A stretch of 64,000 bases of DNA from Macrostomum lignano. Taxonomy: Eukaryota. The stretch is from assembly GCA_002269645.1 (NCBI GenBank), contig NIVC01003085.1, forward strand, positions 1 to 64,000, read 5' to 3'. Made by a program: the position numbers and the translations under genes. The notes below the pieces were generated by a model. It saw only the letters and a list, made by a program, of their open reading frames with translations. It was not told the DNA's origin and searched no databases. This document shows, piece after piece, positions 48,701-60,000 of this stretch. Each line of letters begins with the position of its first letter. The stretch's first letter is position 1.

Positions 48701-51700
48701 ATCTCATCTACTATCCATCTCGATCTCATCTCAGTCACATCTACCTTTCATCTCTGTCTCATCTCCCCTACTCTACCTTAATTGCAGGACGACAAAGCAA
48801 AGCCAGAAGAGAAGGCCAAGAACAAAGCTCAAAAAGAAGATTCTAAAGCCAAAGGAAAAGGTGAAAAGTTATTCTGAGATGTCGTCATTAATTTAATTCA
48901 TTATTTTAGCTGTAGTAACGTAGAATATTTATTCTTTATCTTCCCAATTTCTCGCACAATTTCCTTATCCTTTACTGTAAGTAGCGTAGTCAATAAAATT
49001 TAATCGCTACTAATTTTTAACTTGTGCAACTTTTAAATGTTTCTACTGCTTGTAAAGTTGAAATGGAAAAGGTTTGTTATAATTGCGCATTAAATCAGCC
49101 CCAAATTTTTTTCGATCTCATTGGCTAATTTCTTCCAATTAAAGAAGACAGACCAGCTTTCCAATTTTCATGTGCACGTATACACCGAATCCGCAGGTGC
49201 TCAAGCCTCCGAGAAGGATTCGAAAAGTTCAGCAGCCACTCTGAAGTCCGGCAAAGGAAAGGGCGGCAACAACAGCAGCAGCAGCGGTGGCGGCCGCGTG
49301 AAAGTCTCAACGCCGCTACAGCTGGACCAGGAGGTGAGCGGCTGATCTGTTTCTACTACTGAACTGTCTGTTCAGTAGCAAGTTAAGAAAATAGTTGCTA
49401 TAAATATCAGTTTTGCTATAAAAGTTTCAAGAGCCGACGTCCAAGTATGGGGCTGGATAGCTCAGCGGTTAGTAGTGCGATTTAGTACCTGAGTTCGATT
49501 CCCTGTGCAGCCACCTTGATTTGTGGCTTATGCACAAAAATTTACTTACTGGGCGCTTGTAGAGCGAGCGATTTTGGCTCCGGCCCGCGACAGTCAACAT
49601 CGGGAAGTCTGGAAGTTCAAGAGAGAAAAGACGCATTTTCGACAGATGGGTCAAAAGTACCAGAGACTTTTTTAGGATCCAGGATCTTTATTGAACGCAA
49701 TGCAGTTTAAATTTTGTTCTGTTCGCCGCAATTCCAACAGGAGTCGCAGCCGCCCGACTCTGACCATCCACTGCTCGAGCGAGTGGACACGGCCTACGCG
49801 CCTGGATACCTGCTGGTCCCTGGCAACCACGTGCTGGCACTGCTCAATCTATCGAGTGCGTCCACTTTAATCCAGATGCACTTTTGTACTGGGCGATGCT
49901 TTAAGCGTCCTCATGGACAGCTTGAAGTAGGAGGATAAGCTACACTTGATTTTCTTAGAACCGAGCTGAAGGTCGCTAATTAAGGATCGTCTATTAGACG
50001 TACATTTAAAGTCCAGTGCATTTACTATGCTCTCAGGAAATCGGATTTTTCTCTAACGAATTTGTCTATGGAAAAACTTAATTCAGCGCTATGCGATCTC
50101 TAGTATAGCTTTTTGCGGCCCATTTGGGCCTACGCGCATTTATTTTAATCCAAGATAGGTTTGCCAATGTAACGAAGCTTTTGTCTATGGTAGCAAGGCT
50201 GGCACAGCGGCATTTGATTTGGTCCAACAAGCATCAATTTGGTCCAACAAGCATCAATTTGGTCCAACAAGCATCAATTTGGTCCTACAAGCATCAATTT
50301 GGTCCATAGCGCATTTGCAACTGCTGAGAATTGTGGACCATATGCTAGGCTGTTGAACAAATGCCATTGGCTTGTGATCGAAGCACTCGACAGAAGTGAA
50401 CACCCAAAGTACATTGCAAGGTTGCTGAATGTAAAAGAAAATACGGTATGCAGCATCCATCAGTGCGTTGAAACTCTGCCGGCAGAGATAGCCTGCGAAA
50501 GGATGACTATCGCCAAGGCAAGTTGTGAGAGCCTCAGGTCCAGCTGCTACTCAATGCAGTTGAGACGAAGCCTTTGTTGATATTGCAGAACATGCAGCAG
50601 AAGATGAAGGAACAGTTGCAGTTGGTTATCAGATTTTTACTATTACCAGAGCTCTGGAAAAGCGACTGAAAATTGTTGGTATAGAGACGCTGACATTCCA
50701 GCAGTACGCAACAACCTGCAGACGGCTGCGAGAAGGCAAGAATTTCCCGAATGGCTCACGAGTGTTTGGACCAAATTGATGCTTGTTGGACCAAATTGAA
50801 TGTCAACTGGTCCGGTCAACTGGTTAATTGGCCTCGTTTCGAGTTCTCAGGCTTCATTTTAGTGAGGCTTGGCCATAGACGCTTATGTGATGGGGCTTCC
50901 GACATCTGTAGATTAAGTATACAATGATCTATACCAATAATCTTTGCCTGTTCTTTTGGTGTCTATGGCAAAAAAACTTTGGACGCGTTGATCTATGGCT
51001 TGAGAACCGCGTCCTCATCCTTTCTCTGCCATTTGCCTTCTGCCATAAAGTTTATATACTTCTTTAAACGTTCTATATTGGCTTCCAGCTCTCATTTCTA
51101 AGAAAATCGAGTGTAAGACAATAAGTATAAAACTATTAACGCTTCAAATGAAATATGGAATTACAGAAAATATGAAATTTAAATTAAACAGCTTGGAATT
51201 AACTGAGTGCTAATATATGGCATTCGGTGTCAAAATTCAGGATAAGTTGGTATCTCATCATCATGCCACGCGCTGACACAAAAAACCCTGCTCAATCTTT
51301 ATCTGGCTTGCATGCAGGAAACCAGATCACGGACAAAGGCGTGCTGCAGTGGAAGACGGCCATTAGTTACCAGCTGGCCTACATGAGCAAGCAGAAGGTG
51401 AACGGCACGGGACTGATGAAGCTTCTGCTACAGGTGAGACGGAAGCTGTAAAGTCCCCCACTATGATCTTATCCTGAAATTTTTTTGAAATTTTATTCGA
51501 ATTTGATTTTAAGTTTCAAGCCGACTTTCACCGACTCTCAGTTTTCTGTCTACTTTTAGTTCAGTAGCTATGAAGAATACATAAGCTATTTTATAAAAAT
51601 AAAGCCAGCTGAAATGACTTCGATAAGTTTAAAACCCAAGCTTGCAGGCGTAAACAAACTTGCTAATTCGCGTTCAGCCATAATGTACATTAGCCAGTTC

Positions 51701-52092
51701 ACTGAAATGTACATTGCAGCTTTAGGCTGGAGCATTGAAGAAGGCAATAAAATTGCATGGGCGGTGGGGCACCTGGGGTAGAGATTCTGTGTAAAAAGAC
51801 GCGATGTTGGTAGAGCCAATGAATAAGCCGTGTCTTTATAAAAATGCTTGAAAATGTTTCATACTACTGAGCTGGTAGTAGCTTACAGGCAAATATGCTG
51901 CTGAGGGTCTCGATCATCTAGCTGTAGTAGTACTAGTTATCCATGTTCAATCAAATGCCAGCAATTGCCTCTCCCTTGCAGGGAAATCCATTCTCGACCG
52001 AGTCTGAGAGCTACAGAATTCTCCAGCAGGCGATGAGCAGCAGAGATCCGGTTGGCAGTTCCAGCAACACTTCCGGAAATGTTGATCAGTGA
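39736..52092 (+). CDS. LRRC71: LRRC71-like leucine-rich repeat protein. Exons ~39736-39796, 40611-40742, 41017-41067, 41987-42197, 43112-43258, 44547-44706, 45227-45400(+), 48320-48430, 48788-48860, 49197-49333, 49741-49855, 51318-51433, 51982-52092; small exons near 46.9k and 47.06k are uncertain
   Basis: Spliced translation gives VSEVHAKNWKLELPML, LSLEAN, LQLRFNQITDAGA, ALRTNRTLIHLSLSNNRVSDRGATALAE..FYLTHEETVERRRLL, HPLLERV..LVPGNHVLALLNLSRNQITDKG and AMSSRDP, collinear with my recollection of human LRRC71. Phases of the core exons are compatible. Confidence 0.85.
41255..41460 (+). mobile_element. Dispersed ~200-bp repeat; further copies at ~47430-47650 and ~51548-51780
   Basis: Shared TCTACTT..AGTTCAGTAG..ATAAGC..TTTATAAAAATAAAG..CGTAAACAA..AATGTACATTAGCCAG..CACTGAAATGTA. 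Confidence 0.75.
42218..43075. repeat. Intronic minisatellite, 20/27 bp units CTGGTCTGACCTGTGCCACT
   Basis: Read directly. Confidence 0.97.
43280..44010. repeat. Intronic minisatellite, 15/21 bp units ATTTGGGATTTCTGATTGCAG
   Basis: Read directly. Confidence 0.95.
44015..45105. repeat. 21-bp GATCA(TTGC/GTAC)AACCCTCCCTGT arrays (44015-44430 and 44720-45105) on both sides of exon 44547-44706
   Basis: Read directly. Confidence 0.95.
45855..46800. repeat. Intronic minisatellite, 25 bp unit CCAGGGTCCAATAAGCTACTCTCAT
   Basis: Read directly. Confidence 0.97.
49451..49513 (+). mobile_element. tRNA-derived SINE head or tRNA pseudogene
   Basis: GGCTG...CAGCCA acceptor stem, A-box TAGCTCAGCGG, B-box GAGTTCGATTCC; anticodon arm shortened. 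Confidence 0.6.
50215..50800 (+). mobile_element. Degenerate Tc1/mariner-like (IS630-Tc1) remnant between inverted 20-bp repeat arrays
   Basis: (AACAAGCATCAATTTGGTCC)n at 50215-50310 and its reverse complement at 50766-50800. The interior encodes HTH-like LVIEALDRSEHPKYIARLLNVKENTVCSI, then frameshifts. Confidence 0.5.
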
Positions 52093-55000
52093 CTTGTTCG
52101 ATTAGCAGACATGAAGATAGGACAAATGTACTTTTAAGTTATAATTTAAGTTTCCCTGCAGAAGCACTTCTTGTCACAAAAATCCATGACTTATGTCACA
52201 GCGTCACTTTTTGCTTTTATTTTTGTTGCTTATGCACTACTAATTACATGTTTAAAGCTCTAAAAATGTATTGCAATAATTCTCACGAAAAGGCAATTTT
52301 ATACTCTATTTGTTGAATCTCTTTATTGAATATTTAACTTTCCTCAAATTAATACACGTACTTTTCACTTTATTGTTATAATTTTTAAAAAAATATATTT
52401 AATAAGGCTTCTCCGTGTACTTGCTGTTCTGGGAGATGCAGCTACAGTTGGCTTTAGCTGCATTTTTTTTCAAAAATTAATGCCAGAGAAATGGTTGTCA
52501 TGGTCTCAATTTCCACGCATCAGAGCATAACTTCAACCGTTGCCTGCTACTATATTACTTTAATTTGTTACACGTACGGTACTTGAAAATTTATTAAATA
52601 ATTGAAGCCTAGTAAATAATGCATGAGCTTTAGCTATACAAATATGCACTTGTCGTGCATGCTTGTGTAGCTTTTACGGTTTTGGATTTCCTTAGCGGTT
52701 CTTGCTGTCCATTGTTAAACTGCGAATTTTTATCATACAGCTGCCTAACTGTGTACATGCACGTTTGCATAGCAGAGATACGGATAATATGTACATGCAG
52801 TACATGTACATGCATGCATGCTCGTAGACTCAAAAGAATTAAAAAGTCGCCACCTTTGAGAGTGCGCAGTAAATTCTAGTTCAGTATTGACTTTTGAGTG
52901 ACGCAAGTTGCGCCACGCAACGCAGAGTTGGGCTGGGTGAAGGAGGGATTGGGAAGAGCGGAAGCCGAGGACGATCAGCATAATTGGATGGATTGAAGCT
53001 TCCGCCCGATTTTCATTGTTTTTTCAAGAATTCAATGTGCTTGTACATTTCAACTCCTAGTAGTGTTGATGAAATCTGCATCTGAATTAAAAGTATAACT
53101 GTACATTAAACTTCTTGCAATGCGAAGATAAAGATATGCAAAGGTTTTCTCAAAAGACTACTGCTACGAGCGTAAGTAGAAGGGGAATGAAACTACGTAC
53201 GTTTCTTGGAAATTTTGGCGAAAAATTTATTATGGAGAATGGAGGTTTTGGTTTGATCAGCACAAGAGGATCCAATGTTCATCTTTTGAGTTTTGACATG
53301 ACTTGCTTTTCAAGAATGTAAGTTAATTTAAATAAATTGATATCGCAAATATCAATTTAAATTATTTAAATATACGATATTATATACGATATGATTGTTA
53401 CTAGAAATCATATAAATGGCACAAATGGCACAACAATATGGCATTAGTTTTATTTTAATTTTTTTGTTATCATGCTTAGCTAATAAATAATCTACATATA
53501 AGTCTAGTAATACTAATTTTATAGTCTGTGCACTCTGTAGTGCCTTCATTGAAGTAAAATAAAAGACTTAAATTGTTTTGGGCTAATAGGCCATATTATT
53601 GACAAGAACCTAGTCTAGTCCATATTTTCTGACTTGTCTGATTTATTAAAAATTGTAGTTAAAATCGATTGTGTTACACAATCATTCAATCAATTTGTGT
53701 AAACATATTTTCGAGGTTACACGTCAATAGGCTACACGTGCATCAATTTTGAAATTGTCGCAAACATTTAAAATTCAACGATAACTTTGTCGCTGACTAT
53801 TGACTGGCTAGATATTAAACTGACTCACTTTGTGCCCTGCTTACCCTGCCTAGCGTCCACCCCACTCATGCGTACATCAATGCGCACATAGCGTACTTTG
53901 AAACTAACTTTTATCAATAACTCAAATTCGTTTTATACCACTTCGTATTTAAATAACTGAATCTAGCTTTTCTTCGTTGTAATATTTACTCAGCAAATAT
54001 ATCAGTTCGCTGCATTATTGTTCAAATTAAACAAGCCTTGTCTGCGTCGCGTCAAACTTAATATTTTGAACATAATGAAAAATTTAAGCAACTATTGGGA
54101 TAAATAGTCGTTTTCTACCTTGACGAATTGTATTTCTGCTTACCCAGAGTTAATTTTTTCTATTTATAACAAAACTTACCGTATAGTTGCTTACTGTTGC
54201 TTGTTAGGGAGAAATTGTAATATAAGGAAGGCAAATTTTTCATAAAAAGTTATCTTCTTTTTTTCTAGCAGTTTAAACTGTTTTGAATAGTGGGAGGCAG
54301 GAAAAGGCAGATATTTAATTTCGCTCTTCATGTGATCTTAAATGATATAGTATTCGCTATATAATATTTAACCGAATCGAATCAAATTCTTATCATCGAA
54401 CGTTTCTAGTTCCGTTCCGATCTAGCATTGAAGCTTTGAGGACGAAGTTGAGCAAAGAGTAAACTAAGAAAATAATGTTAGGCTACCAGTTGTTTCGTGT
54501 GTACGATTGCGCTTGTTCTCGTATTTAGTTTACATCTCAAACAAGTCAAATGCATCCTGCTTAAATGTAGTCGAATTTTAGTGACAAAATACTGCTATAC
54601 AATCTATAATTCTATTTATTTGAGTTTATTAAGGTCTGCATTAAAATTAGGGGCTGAATTTATTGTGTCCTTTGTCTTTAACACAATTCAAAAAAAATAT
54701 TTTTTTTTTAAATATTAAAATAAAATATGAATATATATTTATCATAGAAGTAATATGGTCATTTAATCTATTGTGTTCTTGTCTGCTGGCAGATGAAAAT
54801 GTTTGAAAAAAGTAGAATATAGTCAAGTACATATATTGTAAAACTTATTTATCATGATGATATATTGTGATTAATGTAGAAAGACAAAAGTTATAATGAA
54901 AAATTTTTGTATATATAATTTAGACTTTGGTTTATCATATTTTAAATAAATAAAATAACATATTCTATTATATTAGTAGTTTAACTTTGAACATTTTACA

Positions 55001-57020
55001 AACAGTATTTTTTTATAAATGACTTCAATAATCAATGTTGGATACCAGTCTGTTAATAAGCATTAATCTATTGATAAGCATTAATAAGCATTAAGATTTT
55101 TATTAACAAACTGCCATTAAGATTTTTTGAATTAATAGATTAACAAATTAGCATTAATAATTTTGTGAGTTAATAACAAACTCATTGTTAATGTTAATGG
55201 CAATGTCAATGACCAAAGATGCAAATAAGGAACAAAAATATAAATCTGAAGAGAAGTTACAACATTACAAATATATTTGAATTTACCTAAATGCCTAATT
55301 AATCTCTTTGTTTATAATAAAGATTATGCAAATTTAATAACTTCTTATTATGAATATAATAACTTCTATAATGAATTAAAATTGTGAACTCTACTGCTTG
55401 TATGTGAGCATCAATTGCTTTTATTCACTTCTTTCCCAATCTTTCGTAACTTTCTGCTATGTTTGCTAATGCTACTGAAACTACCTTATTCATATTTTAT
55501 TATTGACTATTTAGCTTTCAAGTTTCAAATAGATAAGTTAATTCTTTTACCATATGTTTACTTTTAGTAGTATTATATATACAAGTTTTTTAAATTAATA
55601 TTTATTACTTTTTTTAGCTTGTAAATTGCTTGGATGACCTCTGTGTTTTACTAAAAAGATGGAAAAGCAAAGGTAGTGCATTATGAAGTTTGTTTTAGAA
55701 AAAGTGCAACATTTCTATATTTTCTATGTTAACTTTAATGGATTAATGCTTATTAACTCTTAACAAAACTAAGAGTTAATAAGTTAAGATTTTTTGTTTT
55801 AATGCTAACACTTTTTCCATTAATGGAAGTTAAGATTTTCATTAATAGTGCCCAACACTCAATAATTTTTTATTTATTGATTTTTTATTTTTATATTGAA
55901 TGATTTATGAATTATGATTTATCTACTATTTATTTAATGGATAGGCCTAATTGATAGACTGATTAATAAAATATAAACAAAAAATTAATCTGTAGTTTAG
56001 AAAGATATTTAGAAGATATTTAGATGTTTTTATACTTTTAATATAGTCTATATAGATTTTCCAAAATGGTCTTTTGCCAAAATGGCTTTTACCAAAGTGG
56101 TCTTTCACTAAAATGGTTAGCACCCTTTTAATAGACAAGTTAGACAAGTATAGCAGATAAACTAGCAATAGAGAAAATGACTATCAACCATTATAAAATA
56201 CCTTTCTATATCCTATTTGATTTTTTCTTTATTAAAATTAGTGCAAAGCTATTAGCAGTCCACTAATATTCTATTTTGTCTGCACTAGCTAAAATTTGGT
56301 AAAAAATTGTTTAAAATCTTATGGCTATGTCTATTGGTAAGATAAAAGAATCAATAAGTGAGTAGTGTCTAATAACTTGTTATCTTAGTTATTCAACTAT
56401 TAAATAATCGAAAAAACAACAGTAATTGACAAAATAGAATGTGATTTGATAACTATAAGTGGAGGGTGCCAATAGTAATTTAATAAATGAACCAAATAAT
56501 CATCAATAATAGACTGTAGTGTCTAATAAATATCTTAACTGAAATAAATTATTATGCAACTGATTGTTTTGCATTTGTTTATTTTATCTTATTTATTCTA
56601 GTAAAATTTTCTTTATTCAAAACAATGCTGAGTATGATTTTTTGACTTAAAAACCTAGGAGAATCAAAAATGTCTAAGAAGCTTAAATTATACAGCTAGA
56701 CATGTTAGATATTGTTGCTTTTGCAAAAAGCTGGGTATTGAAATATGGTATTGGAATTAGTGTATTAACAATATTCAAAATTTGGGTATTCGAGTTTAAG
56801 GTATTGGGTAATTACTTTTTTATAGATTACATGTATTGAAGTATCACTTTTAACTAACTGTTAGCTAAAGAACTGTTCATATTGACAATGTGAAACTTTA
56901 GGCTTATAAAAGGGGCTAGTGGGAGTTTCCAAAACCAGCAAAATTGTGCCCACAATAATTTTGCTGCAGCCAATAGCAACAGCAACAGTCGCGGCCTCCA
57001 GTGTCGCAGCAGCAGCAGGC

Positions 57021-60000
57021 GATGCCTTTCGGGCTGCACAGTACCGCCACCACTGCCGCCGTCAGTGCCGCACTGTGCATGCAGTTCGCACAGTTGCTAT
57101 GCACAGACTCCCGGCAGGCTACGGCTTCAGCATCAGCGGCCAGCGTCCGTGCGTTGTTAGCGCAGTTGTGCCTGGCAGCGCCGCGCAGCACGCCGGCCTG
57201 AAACCTGGCGATTACCTGCTGGGCGTCAATGGCCAGCCAGTTGATGGGGCTGAGCACGAGCGAGTGGCTGCATTGATTGGCGCCAGCGGCGACTCTCTGG
57301 CGCTTCAGGTTGTGTCAGTGAGTTGGTCAACTTTTGTAGGGAACGTAGAGGTTTTGATAATTCAGAGGGTCTAGGGAATTTAGCTTTAGCTGTTGGAATT
57401 TTGATGGTGTGAGCAATTTAAAGGGTGTAGGTAATTTAAAGCGTGTGGGGAATTCAAAGCGTGTGGGTGATTTAAAGGGTGTGGGGAATTTAAAGCGTGT
57501 GGAGAATTAAAGCGTGTGGGGAGTTTAAATAGGTATAGGGATGGGGAATTTAAGGATGTGGGGGAATTTAAAGCGTGTGGGGAGTTTAAAGGGGTAAAGG
57601 GGTGGGGAATTTAAAGGATGTGGGGAATTTATTGGGTGTGGGGAATTTGTAGGGTGTGGGGAATTTATAGGGTGTAGGGAAATTAAAGGCTGTGACTTAA
57701 AAAAAAATCAATGGCGGAACGGATTTTAGGGGCTGGGGGGAAGCTTCTAAGACGTAGGAAGCTTTTGGGCATTTGGGACTTTTTGAGAAAGTTGATGGCA
57801 TTGCAATATTTCGAGCTCAGTCTGAGGTTCAAAACAAGGCTCAGTCTGAGGTTCGAAGCCCACTGTTACTTTGGACTTGGCGGCCCTCATCAATATGACA
57901 ACAGAATTCGTGAGCACTACTCAGAGCGAGAACTCATTCTTAATCTGTGATGCCGAGCAGGCCGAGCCCAGCCTCCTAGGCGCCTGCTCAGACAATGATG
58001 AAGCGGAAATGCCGCATCAAAAGCTGGCACAGCAACAGGCGCCGCCTCCGCCACCACCGCGGCATCAGCACTGCGGCGCCATCGGGCCGGAGCAGCGCTA
58101 CGAAGACGCCGCCGCTGCCACTGCCCCGGCTCTGTCGGGCGAGCTGGCGGGCCGCTGGCTGGTCATCCACGTCGCCAGCCTGCAGCTGCCGGTCCCGGCG
58201 CCCGCCGACCGGCTGCGCGTCGTTCGCTCGGCGATCGCCAGCGCCCGCGCCGCGGCCCGCCTGCAGCCGTCGTCGCCCTCGGCCTCGCCGTCCTCACTAT
58301 CGCCGTCGTCTTCGACCTCGTCGACGAAGCCGACGCCGACTCCAGCAACTTCCGCGGCGGGCCAGCCGACCCTTCTGGAGGTGACGCCGCGCTCTGTCAG
58401 CCTCGCCGACGCCCGAGGCCGCTCGCTGCTCAGCCTGCCAGCAGACAGTCTGGCCTTCGTCTGCGCCTACAACGAGGACGCCCGCTACTTTGCTCTCCTC
58501 ACCGTCGCTGGCGCGGTGCACATCTTCCGGGTCAGCGGCCGCCTAGCCGATCATCGGCGCCGCGGTCACGCTCGATGGACGGCGGCGTTCGGATTGAACT
58601 GCCAGCCGGACGAGTCCGCTGGCTGCTGCACCCAGCTGCCTCAGGTGGCGGCTCCCATCGTGCACCGGCTGGTGCGCCTGTTCGCCGACAAGGAGGCCGC
58701 GGCGCCGCCCAGTCTGAGCTATCCGACCCCGCCGCCGTCTGGCCCGCCGGCTCTCAATCGACAGCAGCGCCAGCTTCGTCGACCGTCGGTTCCGATACAC
58801 GTCGCCGACTCTTCATCGGGCACCCTGACTGGCCTGGCGGCATCGTTGAACTCAACAGTCAGGACGCTGGCCTCTGGAGAAGTTGTTCAAGGGCAGCAGC
58901 AAAAGACGGATGTCGCTCCGTCGACGCGATGGACAACTGGACTCAGTGCGCTCTCTTGTGAGGTACAGATTTACGCTCGTACCTGTTATTATATTGGTGA
59001 CTGGGATTCCCCTAACTGGATTCCTCTAGCTGGGATTCTCCTAGCTATAATTCCCCTAATTGGATTCCCCGAACTGGGATTTTCCTAGCAGGGATTTCCC
59101 TAACTGGATTCCCCTAGCTGGGATTCTCCTAGCTGATATTCTCCTAGCTGGGATTCCCCTAGCTGGATTCCTCTAGCTGGATTCCCCTAGCTGGGATTCT
59201 CCTAACTGGAATTCCCCTAACTGAATTCCTCTAGCTGGGATTCCCCTAGCTGGGATTCCCCTAGCTGGAATTCCCCTAGCTGGGATTCTCCTAACAGGAT
59301 TCTCCTAACAGGATTCTCCTATCTGGGATTCCCCTAATTGGATTCCACTGTCAGGAATTTTCCTAACTGTGATTTCACTGACTGGGATTCTATTTAACTG
59401 GAGCTCCACTGACTTGAACTCCACTGAAGAAACCAAATCTTAGCTGACAGAATGATATGAGGTAGTGTTATTATTGTAAAGCGGAGAAAACTGCCGCTTT
59501 TTTTGCGCATCAGGCAGCAAGTGTCCAATGCCGAAGAGCTAGTTTCCCTCATAGCTGACCTTTTAACTAATATGTCTCACTTAAAAAGCAATTACAAATT
59601 AACGCTAGGTAACTAATTAAGTAAAGCCAGCGGCCTCGCCTCTCCATACCGCAGAATCTGGCCAGCAGCGCCTCCTCCGATGACGCCGAATCGCCGCCAA
59701 TCGTTGCCGACAATCAGCGCCGACGCAGCGGCGGCGACTTCGGCGTCGGTACGGGAATCGGCGCCAAATTCGTCCCGGCGCCGCCGCCGCTGCTGCGCCG
59801 CCGGCCCCAATCGGCGATGGCGTTCGGCTCCGGCGTCGTTGATGCGCCCGACGCCATCGACGATACAGCCGCCACTGGCGGTCCCTCCGACTGGTCGGCC
59901 GGGCTGGACCGCCTGCTGGCCGACCCGACTGGCGTCAAGCTGTTCGCCGAATTTCTGCGCGGCGAGTTCAGCGAAGAGAATGTCGCCTTCTGGCTGGCTG

